Assembly: GCA_021297855.1 (NCBI GenBank)
Contig: JAJTHM010000063.1
Coordinates: forward strand, 203-64,202
Source: Sphingobacteriales bacterium
Lineage (GTDB): Bacteria; Bacteroidota; Bacteroidia; Chitinophagales; JADJOU01
DNA: 64,000 nt
Reading direction: 5' to 3'
Shown here: piece after piece, positions 1 to 9,200 of the stretch
Layout: the number at the start of each line of letters is the position of its first letter
Position numbering within the stretch: the stretch's first letter is position 1
The notes under the pieces: generated by a model
What the model was told of the DNA's origin: nothing
Seen by the model: the letters and a program-made list of their open reading frames with translations, nothing else
The model's database searches: none
Position numbers and translations under genes: made by a program

Positions 1-168
1 CAAAAAAACAAAATATTTAAGGATGAATTAGAAGACACGATTGAAACTTTTTCTACAAGCGATAATATCCTTAGACCAATAATTAAATTAATTGAAGAAT
101 TAAAAAAGAATTACAATGCTTGGAATTATTTCCTCAAACTTCCTAACAAAATCAATAAAAACGATTGA
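1..168 (+). CDS. C-terminal fragment of an unidentified protein (gene starts left of the window)
   Basis: Frame 1 is open from base 1 to TGA at 166-168 (...IEELKKNYNAWNYFLKLPNKINKND*). It is absent from the ORF track because it has no start codon in the window. No motif recognised. Confidence 0.3.
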   Translation, partial: QKNKIFKDELEDTIETFSTSDNILRPIIKLIEELKKNYNAWNYFLKLPNKINKND

Positions 169-329
169 TAAATAAAGGCTTTTGATAACTGGCTGTCTTC
201 TAAAAGAGCGGGTGACTGCGTTAAAATAAATTGCATATGGGTATCGAAAGTTTATATATTTGTGGAGGTGCAGTTTGGTTAAACCACTCCTTTAGAAGGC
301 TGTTGGGCGATAAGAGAAATTTTAACGAA

Positions 330-1088
330 ATGAAAATGAGACTAATTTTTTCACTTTTATTAATATCAATTTTATCTTGTCAACAAAAAAGGAATCTAGA
401 TTTATTGCAAAATCCTATCTATTTTGATCTAGGTAAAACAAGTGAAATAGTTAAATCAACTCAAATTAAACCTGAAGAGTATTTTGTTGATAGCACAACT
501 TTTGGAAGAAAAGCTTTTAGCAAAATTGAAATATTTAAATATCGAGTAAGTACTAGTGATGATGATAGTGTGTATGGATTAATTAGATTTTATAGTTTAA
601 GGAATAAAATATGGACCTTAAAAAACGAGTTTCAATATCAAAAAGATGGATTAACTGAATTAGATATTGAAATTTCTGACTATAACAATGATAAATACAA
701 AGATATTACATTTGCTTCAGCCATTGCTGCAAGAGGTGCAAACGAAGTAAGGCAACTTATAATATACGATAAGAAAAAAGATGAAATAGTCTTTATTAAA
801 AACTCTGCATATTATCCAAACCTTAAGTATAATTCAACTCTAAACTGCCTTGATGCAATGTTATTTTATGGTGGAGTTTCAACAGTTTTCTTAGAGATAA
901 GTGGAGATAGTCTTCTGAAATTTGCAAGCGTTGATGTTGCAGATGGTTTATCAGTTAGTGAGTACGACAAAAATGGAAATGAGAAATTAATATATGAAGA
1001 TTCGATATATAAAGGAGAGTTCCCAAGATTTAAAAACTTCAAGCCAATAATTGAATATGGGCAGGAAGAATATAAACTACAGCTATAG
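330..1088 (+). CDS. hypothetical lipoprotein
   Basis: ORF 231-1088. An internal ATG at 330 gives MKMRLIFSLLLISILSC-QQ, a signal peptide with a lipobox Cys. The rest matches no family I recognise. Confidence 0.55.
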   Translation: MKMRLIFSLLLISILSCQQKRNLDLLQNPIYFDLGKTSEIVKSTQIKPEEYFVDSTTFGRKAFSKIEIFKYRVSTSDDDSVYGLIRFYSLRNKIWTLKNEFQYQKDGLTELDIEISDYNNDKYKDITFASAIAARGANEVRQLIIYDKKKDEIVFIKNSAYYPNLKYNSTLNCLDAMLFYGGVSTVFLEISGDSLLKFASVDVADGLSVSEYDKNGNEKLIYEDSIYKGEFPRFKNFKPIIEYGQEEYKLQL

Positions 1089-1118
1089 ACAGAAAAAAGC
1101 CAGCCGCACATTTTAACA

Positions 1119-1169
1119 CATTTGGTTTTGTCCTGACACAGCGAAGCCCATGTCTCGCAGAACCAAATG
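1119..1169 (+). terminator. long imperfect hairpin; candidate terminator of the lipoprotein gene or operator in front of hen1
   Basis: CATTTGGTT (1119-1127) is the perfect complement of AACCAAATG (1161-1169). Pairing extends about 3 bp inward, and GACA (1135-1138) pairs with TGTC (1151-1154). It is followed by T-rich AGCTTTAATTTT. Confidence 0.35.
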
Positions 1170-1174
1170 AGCTT

Positions 1175-1182
1175 TAATTTTG
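1175..1182 (+). promoter_or_regulatory. Bacteroidota-type -7 promoter box (TAatTTTG) for the hen1 operon
   Basis: Exact match to TAnnTTTG, 31 nt upstream of the hen1 ATG (1213). No clear -33 TTTG. Confidence 0.35.
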
Positions 1183-1212
1183 CCACCGCACGACAACGAT
1201 ATTATTGACAAA

Positions 1213-2613
1213 ATGATTTTAAACATAACGACCACTCATAAACCAGCGACCGATTTAGGTTATTTGCTAAATAAGCATCCCGACAAATTTCAAACTTTGG
1301 AATTATCAGTTGGCAAAGCTCATGTGTTCTATCCTGAAAAAAGTGAAGAGAAAACAACTGTAAGCGTTTTGCTTGACATTGACCCAATAGATATGGTTCG
1401 TGGAGCAAGAAATTTGGGTGGTGACGGCTTTGCTCTTGGACACTATGTAAACGACCGACCTTATGTTGCTTCCTCATTTATGAGTGTGGCTTTATCAAAA
1501 GCGTTTTCATCTGCAATGAATGGAAAGTGTAAAGACAAACCCGAATTGGTTGATGTGAAACTTCCATTTGAAGTAACCATTGCTGTTATTCCCGCACCAA
1601 AAGGCGGAGATGTTTTAATTAGAAAATTCTTTGAACCGCTTGGCTACCAAGTTGAATTAATAAGACATCAATTAGATTCTAAATTTCCTGAATGGGGCGA
1701 TAGTAAATATTTCACTTTAAAGTTAAACCATACAATAACCACAAAGGAATTGTTATCTCATCTTTATGTTCTAATTCCAACCTTGGACAATGACAAACAT
1801 TATTTTGTAAGTGAAAATGAAATTGAAAAACTTTTGCAAAAAGGTGAAGGCTGGCTAAAAGAGCATCCTGAGAAAGAACAAATCATTAGGCGTTACCTTT
1901 TCAATTTAAATTCCTTATCGAGACAAGCACTTGAAAGATTAAGCGAAGGCGAAGAAATTGGAGACTTAAACGATGAATTAGTTGAAAAAACAGAAAAGCA
2001 AAAACGAAAAGAAACATTACACGATAAACGAATAAAACTTGTCGCAGAGAAAATAGCCGAATCAGGAGCAGAACGTATTTTGGATTTAGGTTGTGGAGAA
2101 GGAAAATTAATCAGACAATTAATAAAACAAAAACAATTTTCTGAAATTGTTGGAATGGACGTTTCTTACAATGAATTAATTAAAGCAAAAGAAAGATTAC
2201 ATTTTGAAGAAATGTCTCCGAAACAAAAAGAAAGAATTAATTTGTTTCAAGGCTCATTAACATACAAGGACCAACGTTTAGAAGAATTTGATGCAGCGGC
2301 AGTAGTTGAAGTGATTGAACATTTAGACTTGAATCGTCTTAAAGCATTTGAACGAGTTTTATTTGAATTCGCTAAACCTAAAACGGTTGTTTTAACGACA
2401 CCAAACCAAGAATTCAATGTTATGTGGGATAAATTGGATGCAGATGAAATGCGACACGATGACCACCGCTTTGAATGGACAAGAAAAGAGTTTATGGAAT
2501 GGTCAAATAAAATTGGAGAAAAATATAATTACAAAGTGGAGCTTTTCCCTATCGGTGACGAAGTTGAAAACATAGGAGCTCCTTCACAAATGGCAGTTTT
2601 TAAATTAATGTAG
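1213..2613 (+). CDS. hen1: 3'-terminal RNA ribose 2'-O-methyltransferase Hen1 (bacterial type, Pnkp partner)
   Basis: MILNITTTHKPATDLGYLLNKHPDKF N-terminal Hen1 domain. C-terminal SAM methyltransferase motifs ILDLGCGEG, VVEVIEHLD and HDDHRFEW. Start moved from the track's TTG (1180) to ATG 1213. Lies in an operon with Pnkp. Confidence 0.9.
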   Translation: MILNITTTHKPATDLGYLLNKHPDKFQTLELSVGKAHVFYPEKSEEKTTVSVLLDIDPIDMVRGARNLGGDGFALGHYVNDRPYVASSFMSVALSKAFSSAMNGKCKDKPELVDVKLPFEVTIAVIPAPKGGDVLIRKFFEPLGYQVELIRHQLDSKFPEWGDSKYFTLKLNHTITTKELLSHLYVLIPTLDNDKHYFVSENEIEKLLQKGEGWLKEHPEKEQIIRRYLFNLNSLSRQALERLSEGEEIGDLNDELVEKTEKQKRKETLHDKRIKLVAEKIAESGAERILDLGCGEGKLIRQLIKQKQFSEIVGMDVSYNELIKAKERLHFEEMSPKQKERINLFQGSLTYKDQRLEEFDAAAVVEVIEHLDLNRLKAFERVLFEFAKPKTVVLTTPNQEFNVMWDKLDADEMRHDDHRFEWTRKEFMEWSNKIGEKYNYKVELFPIGDEVENIGAPSQMAVFKLM

Positions 2614-2614
2614 T

Positions 2615-3601
2615 ATGAGTGAAATAATTATTTATCAATCCGAAGATAATCAAACGCAAGTTGAAGTGCAGTTTGAAGGGGAAACATTTTGGTTAACACA
2701 AGAACAAATTTCAGAGCTATTTGAAAGAGACAGGACCGTTATTACTAAGCATTTGAGAAATATATTTAAAGAAAATGAATTAGAAGAATTAGTGGTAAGT
2801 GCAAATTTTGCACATACCACTAAGCATGGCGCCATTGAAGGCAAAACACAGGAAAAATCTGTAAAGTATTACAACCTTGACGCTATTTTGTCCGTTGGTT
2901 ACCGCGTAAATTCCAAACGAGGTACCCAGTTTCGTCAATGGGCCACTAAAAGACTAAATGAATACTTAACAAAAGGCTACTCAATCAATAAAAAACGGCT
3001 GGAAGAATTAGGGCAAATTGTAAATCTCATACAAAGCTCTTCAAAAAATGAGGCCATTCATTTGCAAGAAGCCAAAGGCTTGTTGCAAATTATTACCAAC
3101 TATACACAAAGTTTTGTTTTACTAAACCAATTCGATAGCAATAGCTTAACTACCGACCTTTTGGATAAAACAGTAACTTATGAAATATCTTACAAAGAAG
3201 CCAAATTGGCAATTACTGAACTAAAAGCCCATCTTGAAACCAAAAAAGAAGCTACTGATTTATTTGGCAACGAAAAAGATGAAAGTTTTGAAGGTATTTT
3301 AGGAAACATTGTACAAACTTTTGGTGGGCAATATCTATATCCAAGCATAGAGGAACAGGCGGCACATTTGCTTTATTTTGTAATAAAAAATCACCCGTTT
3401 TCTGATGGCAATAAGCGCATTGGCGCATTTTTGTTTGTTTGGTTTTTAGAAAAAAACAAACACCGATTTAAGAAAAATGGCGAAGTGAAAATAAATGATA
3501 ATGGATTAGTAGTACTTGCTTTATTGGTGGCGCAAAGCGATCCTGCAGAAAAAGAATTAATGATAAAACTGGTTATAAACTTAATAAACAATGCAAATTA
3601 A
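2615..3601 (+). CDS. RhuM/Fic/DOC family protein (RhuM-like N-terminal module plus Doc-type Fic domain)
   Basis: N-terminus MSEIIIYQSEDNQTQVEVQFEGETFWLTQEQISELF...YNLDAILSVGYRVNSKRGTQFRQWAT is RhuM-like. The C-terminus carries the Fic-fold motif HPFSDGNKRIGA (3392-3427) of the Doc HxFx(D/N)(A/G)NKR type. It starts 1 nt after the hen1 stop. Confidence 0.85.
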   Translation: MSEIIIYQSEDNQTQVEVQFEGETFWLTQEQISELFERDRTVITKHLRNIFKENELEELVVSANFAHTTKHGAIEGKTQEKSVKYYNLDAILSVGYRVNSKRGTQFRQWATKRLNEYLTKGYSINKKRLEELGQIVNLIQSSSKNEAIHLQEAKGLLQIITNYTQSFVLLNQFDSNSLTTDLLDKTVTYEISYKEAKLAITELKAHLETKKEATDLFGNEKDESFEGILGNIVQTFGGQYLYPSIEEQAAHLLYFVIKNHPFSDGNKRIGAFLFVWFLEKNKHRFKKNGEVKINDNGLVVLALLVAQSDPAEKELMIKLVINLINNAN

Positions 3602-6167
3602 AGTACCCGAATTATCGCTTGTTGTTTTAATTGGTGTTTCGGGTTCTGGAAAGAGCAGTTTCGCCAAAAAACATTTTAAACGAACAGAAATTTTATCTTC
3701 TGACGAATGCCGTGCATTGGTTTCAGAAGATGAAAACAGTCAGTCAGCAACAAATGACGCTTTTGATGTTTTGTATTATATAGCAGGCAAAAGATTAAAA
3801 AGTGGCTTGCTAACAGTTATTGATGCCACAAATGTCCAAAAGGAATCTCGAAAAGGACTTATTGAATTGGGAAGAACATATCATTGTTTGCCTATTGCTA
3901 TTGTTCTTGATTTACCTGAAAAAGTTTGTGAAGAAAGAAATCAAAACAGACCAGACAGAAATTTCGGTGGACATGTAATTCGTCAGCAAAATCAGCAATT
4001 AAAGAAATCTATCAGGGGATTAAAGGACGAAGGTTTCAGACAAATTTATATTCTGAAATCACTTGAAGAAGTTGATGCTGTTCTCGAAATCAAAAGAGAG
4101 AAATTATACAACGATAAAAAAGATGAAACGGGACCATTCGACATCATTGGCGATGTTCACGGATGTTTTGACGAATTGCAAGAACTTCTTTTAAAATTGG
4201 GTTATTCAGTAAATAGGACTGAAGAAACTGAAAATAATTTTGGCTTTAGCGTTATTGCTCCCGAAAACAGAAAAGCAATTTTCGTTGGCGATTTAGTTGA
4301 CCGTGGCCCCGATTCACCAAATGTTTTACGTTTGGTTATGAGCATGGTAAATTCAGGGGTTGCATATTGTGTTCCTGGTAATCATGACTTGAAATTGCAG
4401 AAATACTTAAATGGAAAGCAAGTTCAATTAAAGCATGGATTAGAAGTAACAGTTAAACAATTAGAAACAGAAACTGCACAATTCAAATCAACTGTTGAGA
4501 AATTTCTTTATGGATTAATCAGTCATTATGTATTTGACAATGGTAAATTGGTTGTGGCTCATGCCGGTCTGAAAGAAGAAATGCAAGGTCGTGGTTCAGG
4601 TGCAGTTCGTTCATTTTGCATGTACGGTGAAACAACAGGAGAAATTGATGAATTTGGTTTGCCTGTAAGACATAATTGGGCAAAGGAATATCGTGGAAAA
4701 GCAAAAGTTGTTTATGGACATACTCCAGTTCCCAAAGCAGAATGGTTAAATAAAACCATCGACATTGATACTGGCTGTGTGTTTGGCGGTAAGTTGACAG
4801 CTATACGCTATCCCGAAGAAGAATTAGTTTCTATAAAAGCCAAAATGGTTTATTCCGAACCGTTAAGACCAATCAACTTTAATGAAAATCAAAAGATACT
4901 TAGTTCACAACAAGAGTATGACGATTTATTAAATATTGAAGATGTTACAGGCAAACGCATTGTACAAACAAGATTAAGAAATAACATAACCATTCGGGAA
5001 GAAAACTCAATCGCTGCACTGGAAATAATGAGTCGATTTGCAATTAACCCGAAATGGTTGATTTATCTTCCTCCGACAATGTCGCCTTGTGCGACCAGTG
5101 ATATTCCTGAGTATTTAGAACATCCAGCTCAAGCCTTGAATTACTACAAAAAAAGAGGCGTTGAAAAAGTGGTTTGCGAAGAAAAGCATATGGGTTCTAG
5201 GGCGGTATTGGTAATTTGTAAAGATGAAGAAACTGCGACAAAACGTTTTGGAGTTCAAAATGAAGGTATCGGAATTTGCTATACACGAACAGGAAGAAAC
5301 TTTTTCAATGATGCTGAAATAGAAAAGGAATTTATCGGTCGTGTAAATCAATGTTTGACCAAAACAAATTTTTGGGAAAAATTCAATACTGACTGGGTTT
5401 GCTTAGATGCTGAATTAATGCCTTGGTCTGCAAAAGCACAAGCTTTGCTAAAAGACCAGTATGCAGCAGTCGGTGCAGCCGCTGGTGGTGCATTACCTGA
5501 AGTTGAAAAAGCATTACAATTAGCTTTTGACAGAGGAATTAAAGATGCTTTACCCTCATTGGAAAAATTTGCAGTAAAGAATAATGCAATTTCAAAATAT
5601 GTAAAAGCATATCAAAATTATTGCTGGACAGTTGACTCTATTGACGATTATAAATTAGCTCCATTTCATATTTTGGCAACCGAAGGACAAGTTCACGTTG
5701 ACAAAACAAATGAATGGCACATGGAAAACATAGCCGAAATCTGTGCGGGCGACACCAAACTATTTATGGCGACACCTTACAAAATTGTAAATCTTAACGA
5801 CCAGACAAGTTATGACGAAGCTGTAAACTGGTGGATGGAATTGACAAAAAAAGGTGGAGAAGGAATGGTTGTAAAACCGTTCGACTTTATTTCCATAGGA
5901 TCAGAAGGACTTTTACAACCCGCTGTGAAATGCAGGGGAAGTGAATATCTAAGAATTATTTACGGCCCCGAGTACGACCTACCTGAGAATATTGAAAGAC
6001 TAAAAAACCGTGGACTTTCGAGAAAACAATCTTTAGCAATCAGAGAATTTGCGTTAGGTGTTGAAGGACTGGAACGGTTTGTGAAAAAAGAACCATTAAG
6101 ACGAATACATGAAAGTGTTTTTGGAGTTTTAGCATTAGAAAGCGAAGATGTTGACCCACGACTATAA
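3591..6167 (+). CDS. pnkp: polynucleotide kinase-phosphatase-ligase Pnkp (RNA repair)
   Basis: P-loop kinase GVSGSGKS (3633-3656). Calcineurin-type phosphatase motifs GDVHGC, GDLVDRGP, GNHD. Ligase adenylyl-lysine motif EEKHMGSRA (Lys codon 5184-5186). 858 aa, typical Pnkp size. The ATG overlaps the end of the Fic gene by 11 nt. Confidence 0.92.
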   Translation: MQIKVPELSLVVLIGVSGSGKSSFAKKHFKRTEILSSDECRALVSEDENSQSATNDAFDVLYYIAGKRLKSGLLTVIDATNVQKESRKGLIELGRTYHCLPIAIVLDLPEKVCEERNQNRPDRNFGGHVIRQQNQQLKKSIRGLKDEGFRQIYILKSLEEVDAVLEIKREKLYNDKKDETGPFDIIGDVHGCFDELQELLLKLGYSVNRTEETENNFGFSVIAPENRKAIFVGDLVDRGPDSPNVLRLVMSMVNSGVAYCVPGNHDLKLQKYLNGKQVQLKHGLEVTVKQLETETAQFKSTVEKFLYGLISHYVFDNGKLVVAHAGLKEEMQGRGSGAVRSFCMYGETTGEIDEFGLPVRHNWAKEYRGKAKVVYGHTPVPKAEWLNKTIDIDTGCVFGGKLTAIRYPEEELVSIKAKMVYSEPLRPINFNENQKILSSQQEYDDLLNIEDVTGKRIVQTRLRNNITIREENSIAALEIMSRFAINPKWLIYLPPTMSPCATSDIPEYLEHPAQALNYYKKRGVEKVVCEEKHMGSRAVLVICKDEETATKRFGVQNEGIGICYTRTGRNFFNDAEIEKEFIGRVNQCLTKTNFWEKFNTDWVCLDAELMPWSAKAQALLKDQYAAVGAAAGGALPEVEKALQLAFDRGIKDALPSLEKFAVKNNAISKYVKAYQNYCWTVDSIDDYKLAPFHILATEGQVHVDKTNEWHMENIAEICAGDTKLFMATPYKIVNLNDQTSYDEAVNWWMELTKKGGEGMVVKPFDFISIGSEGLLQPAVKCRGSEYLRIIYGPEYDLPENIERLKNRGLSRKQSLAIREFALGVEGLERFVKKEPLRRIHESVFGVLALESEDVDPRL

Positions 6168-6294
6168 GCCAACGCTTCTTAGTCATATACATTTGCAAGC
6201 CAATACACAAACCAATGCTATAACTTTTTTCGTTAAACTAAATCCCATCTATACTATCTTAGTCTAGAATATCCCAAAATGAAATCCATCTTTT

Positions 6295-9200
6295 ATGAAA
6301 TTATCATTGATCGCGCTCTTTTTTTTAGGGCTATCTAGTACGCTTATGTCTCAGGATTACAGCAAAGAATGGCAGGAAGTAGAAGCTTTTCAGCAAAAAA
6401 GACTGCCTAAGTCTGCGTTTGAAAAGGCGAATGATATCTTTGAAAAGGCTCTAATTGCCAATAATCAAGAGCAAATCGTCCAATCTATTTTCTATCTTCA
6501 AAACCTTTCATCACAACTGGAAGAGATAGAATACGATTCTCGCAGTCAGAAAGAGATAAAGTTTATAGAAAAGCACTTAGAAAAAGTTAATGGCGGAGCC
6601 AAGAGTATTTTATTAAGTTTTTTAGCAAATAAATATTCTCAGTTTCTCGATCAGAATTATTGGAAAATCAAAGATAGAACCAAAAATACAGGTAGCAGAG
6701 CAGAGGACTTAGCGCTTTGGACGATGGAAGATATTGAGAATATGACCCTAGAGCTTTACTTGAAATCACTAGAAGATGAGACCAATAAAAAGATAAAAAT
6801 CGCTCAGTACTCTAAACTAATTTCCAATACAGAATCGAACTACTGTCAGACACTATATGATTTTCTCGCTCGTCGAGCTATTCAGGCACTCAGCAATGAA
6901 AGACACTATATTTCCCAACCTGTTCATACCTTCCAACCCTTGCTGGATCATTTCTCCGCCGCTTCATCATTTATAAAATGGCCGATTAATTCGGGGAAAT
7001 CAGATTCTAAGAAATACACGGTTCTCAAATTATATCAAACCTTATTGGCAGATCATATAACAGATTCGGATCCTACCATTTTTATAGATCTGGATTTGCA
7101 GCGCATGGCTTTTGTTTACAATAATCTAGAGTATGAAACTAAATCTGAAATCTATAAGAAAAACCTGCAAGCCTTGTTTGAGAAATACCAAAATCATAGC
7201 GAATCCTATTATGCCCTGCTCACCATAGCTCAGGTGCTGTCAAGTGAAAGTCAGAACTATCGCTCCACAAAGGATAGCAGTGATCAATGGAAACTAAAAG
7301 AATCCGTGGCGGTCTGCAATCAAATCATAGAAAAATGCCCTGATCAGAACATCGTAGCGCAGGCGAAAAATCATAAGAACAATATCCTTCAAAATATTCA
7401 ATTTTCACCGACCTTAGAAAAAGTTTATTTGCCCAATAAGCCTATCCTAGGGCATTTGCAGTACACGAATCTAGATAAAATCTACTATCGTATCTATAAT
7501 AAAAAAATAGATGTCAATAACCTCTATGAGGAAACCTATGATCCCAAAGAGCAGTTTAGAAAGATATTTGAAAACTCGATCGCACATCAAGGACAATTCG
7601 CACTCACCAATCCTGGCGATTATTTCAGCCATACCACAGAGTTAGATTTCCCTTCCTTGCCGGTGGGAAATTATACCATTGTTTACTCGAAAAGCGCCGA
7701 ATTTAATTTGGGAGGGAATCTCTTGCACGCCGTTTCTACCTCAGTCTCCAATTTAGCCTACTTTCAGCATCGAGAAGTCGCGCACACCGATATGCATATC
7801 TATGCAGTGGATAGAGCCACAGGGAAGCCTTTGAGCGATGTTGAGGTGAGTCTCTATCAGACTTATTGGTCCAATAAGCGTCAGACTAAATTTATCAAGA
7901 CCTTAAACTCGAATAGCGAAGGCTTGGTTCAGTATCCGATTGAAAATTATCAAAATAATAATTATTTCTTTGTTTTGAAAAAAGGGGCAGATGTTTTGAG
8001 TGAGCTACAAGAAGACTATTTTTACAGAGATTATAACCATGATCAGGAAGGCATATCGGATAACTATTCCCTATTTCTAGACCGTGAAATTTATCGCCCA
8101 GATCAGACGATTTATTTCAAAGGAATCGCTTATCAGTCTTCGAATAAAGCCAATCCCAAATTATTGACAAACAAACCCATAGAAGTGATTTTCCGCGATG
8201 CCAATTACCAAGAAATAGCGAAGAAGAGCTTTGTGACTAATGAATACGGAACTTTCCACGGCGAGTTTACCGCTCCCAAAGGCGGATTATTGGGAAGAAT
8301 GACCTTAACCATCAATAATAATTCTACCAAAGAAGTGCGCATCGAGGAATACAAACGTCCGAGTTTCGAAGTGCTGTTTGATACGTTTAGACAGCAGGTC
8401 AAGCTAAGTCAGGAAGTCAAAATACAGGGAACGGGGAAAGCCTATAGCGGAGCGAATTTACCCAATACCAGCGTGAAATACCGCGTGACGCGCGCGACGA
8501 ATTATCCTTACTGGCGATGCTGGTGGATGCCTATACCGAGTGAGGAAAAACAAATAGCCTTCGGAGAGACCAAAACGGATGCCAATGGAAAATTCAATTT
8601 GTCTTTTCTCGCAGAGCCGGGGAAAGAGAATGCTTGGGATAAAAATCCTATTTATCAGTACACGGTGAAAATAGAAATGACCGATATCACCGGAGAGATG
8701 CAGATGGGCTCTACATCAGTTTCGGTTGGGAAAGTCGATTTTAAGTTAAATGCCGATGTGAGGCCAACGTATGGAAAAGATGATAAACTAGAAATACCTT
8801 TTTTCGTCCAAAACATTAATGGCCAGTTTGTAGATAAAAAAGTGGATATCAAAATCACGAAATTATCAGATCCAATGGTTCTCTATCAAACGCGCTATTG
8901 GGAAAAGCCAGAATTATACCTAATTACAGAGTCGGAGTTTAGAAAGAAATTTCCTTATTTGCCTTATGGAAATGAAGATAGAATAGAAAATTATAAAAAA
9001 GGTAGTGTGATCTATACCACTTCCAAACAAGCATCGAAAACCACTGGATTGGAGGGATTGAGTCTAGATATCAAATCCTACAAAGGAGGAGCTTATAAAC
9101 TGACTTTATCCGCACTAGATCAAGATGGTAAAGAACTGAGTATAGACAAATATTTTACGATACTGGATGAACAAGACCTCAGCAAGAACAAACCCGTTCA

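Noticed and set aside
1180-1212. TTG-initiated N-terminal extension of Hen1 (MPPHDNDIIDK...) as given in the ORF track
   Set aside because: The ATG at 1213 gives the typical Hen1 N-terminus (MILNITTTHKP...). In addition, TTG 1180 lies inside the predicted -7 promoter box (1175-1182), so it would not be transcribed if that box is used.
866-1477. Minus-strand ORFs 866-1186 and 1202-1477
   Set aside because: They are antisense to, and overlap, well-supported + strand genes (the lipoprotein and hen1). Their sequence is low-complexity and Cys/Leu-rich, typical of shadow ORFs.
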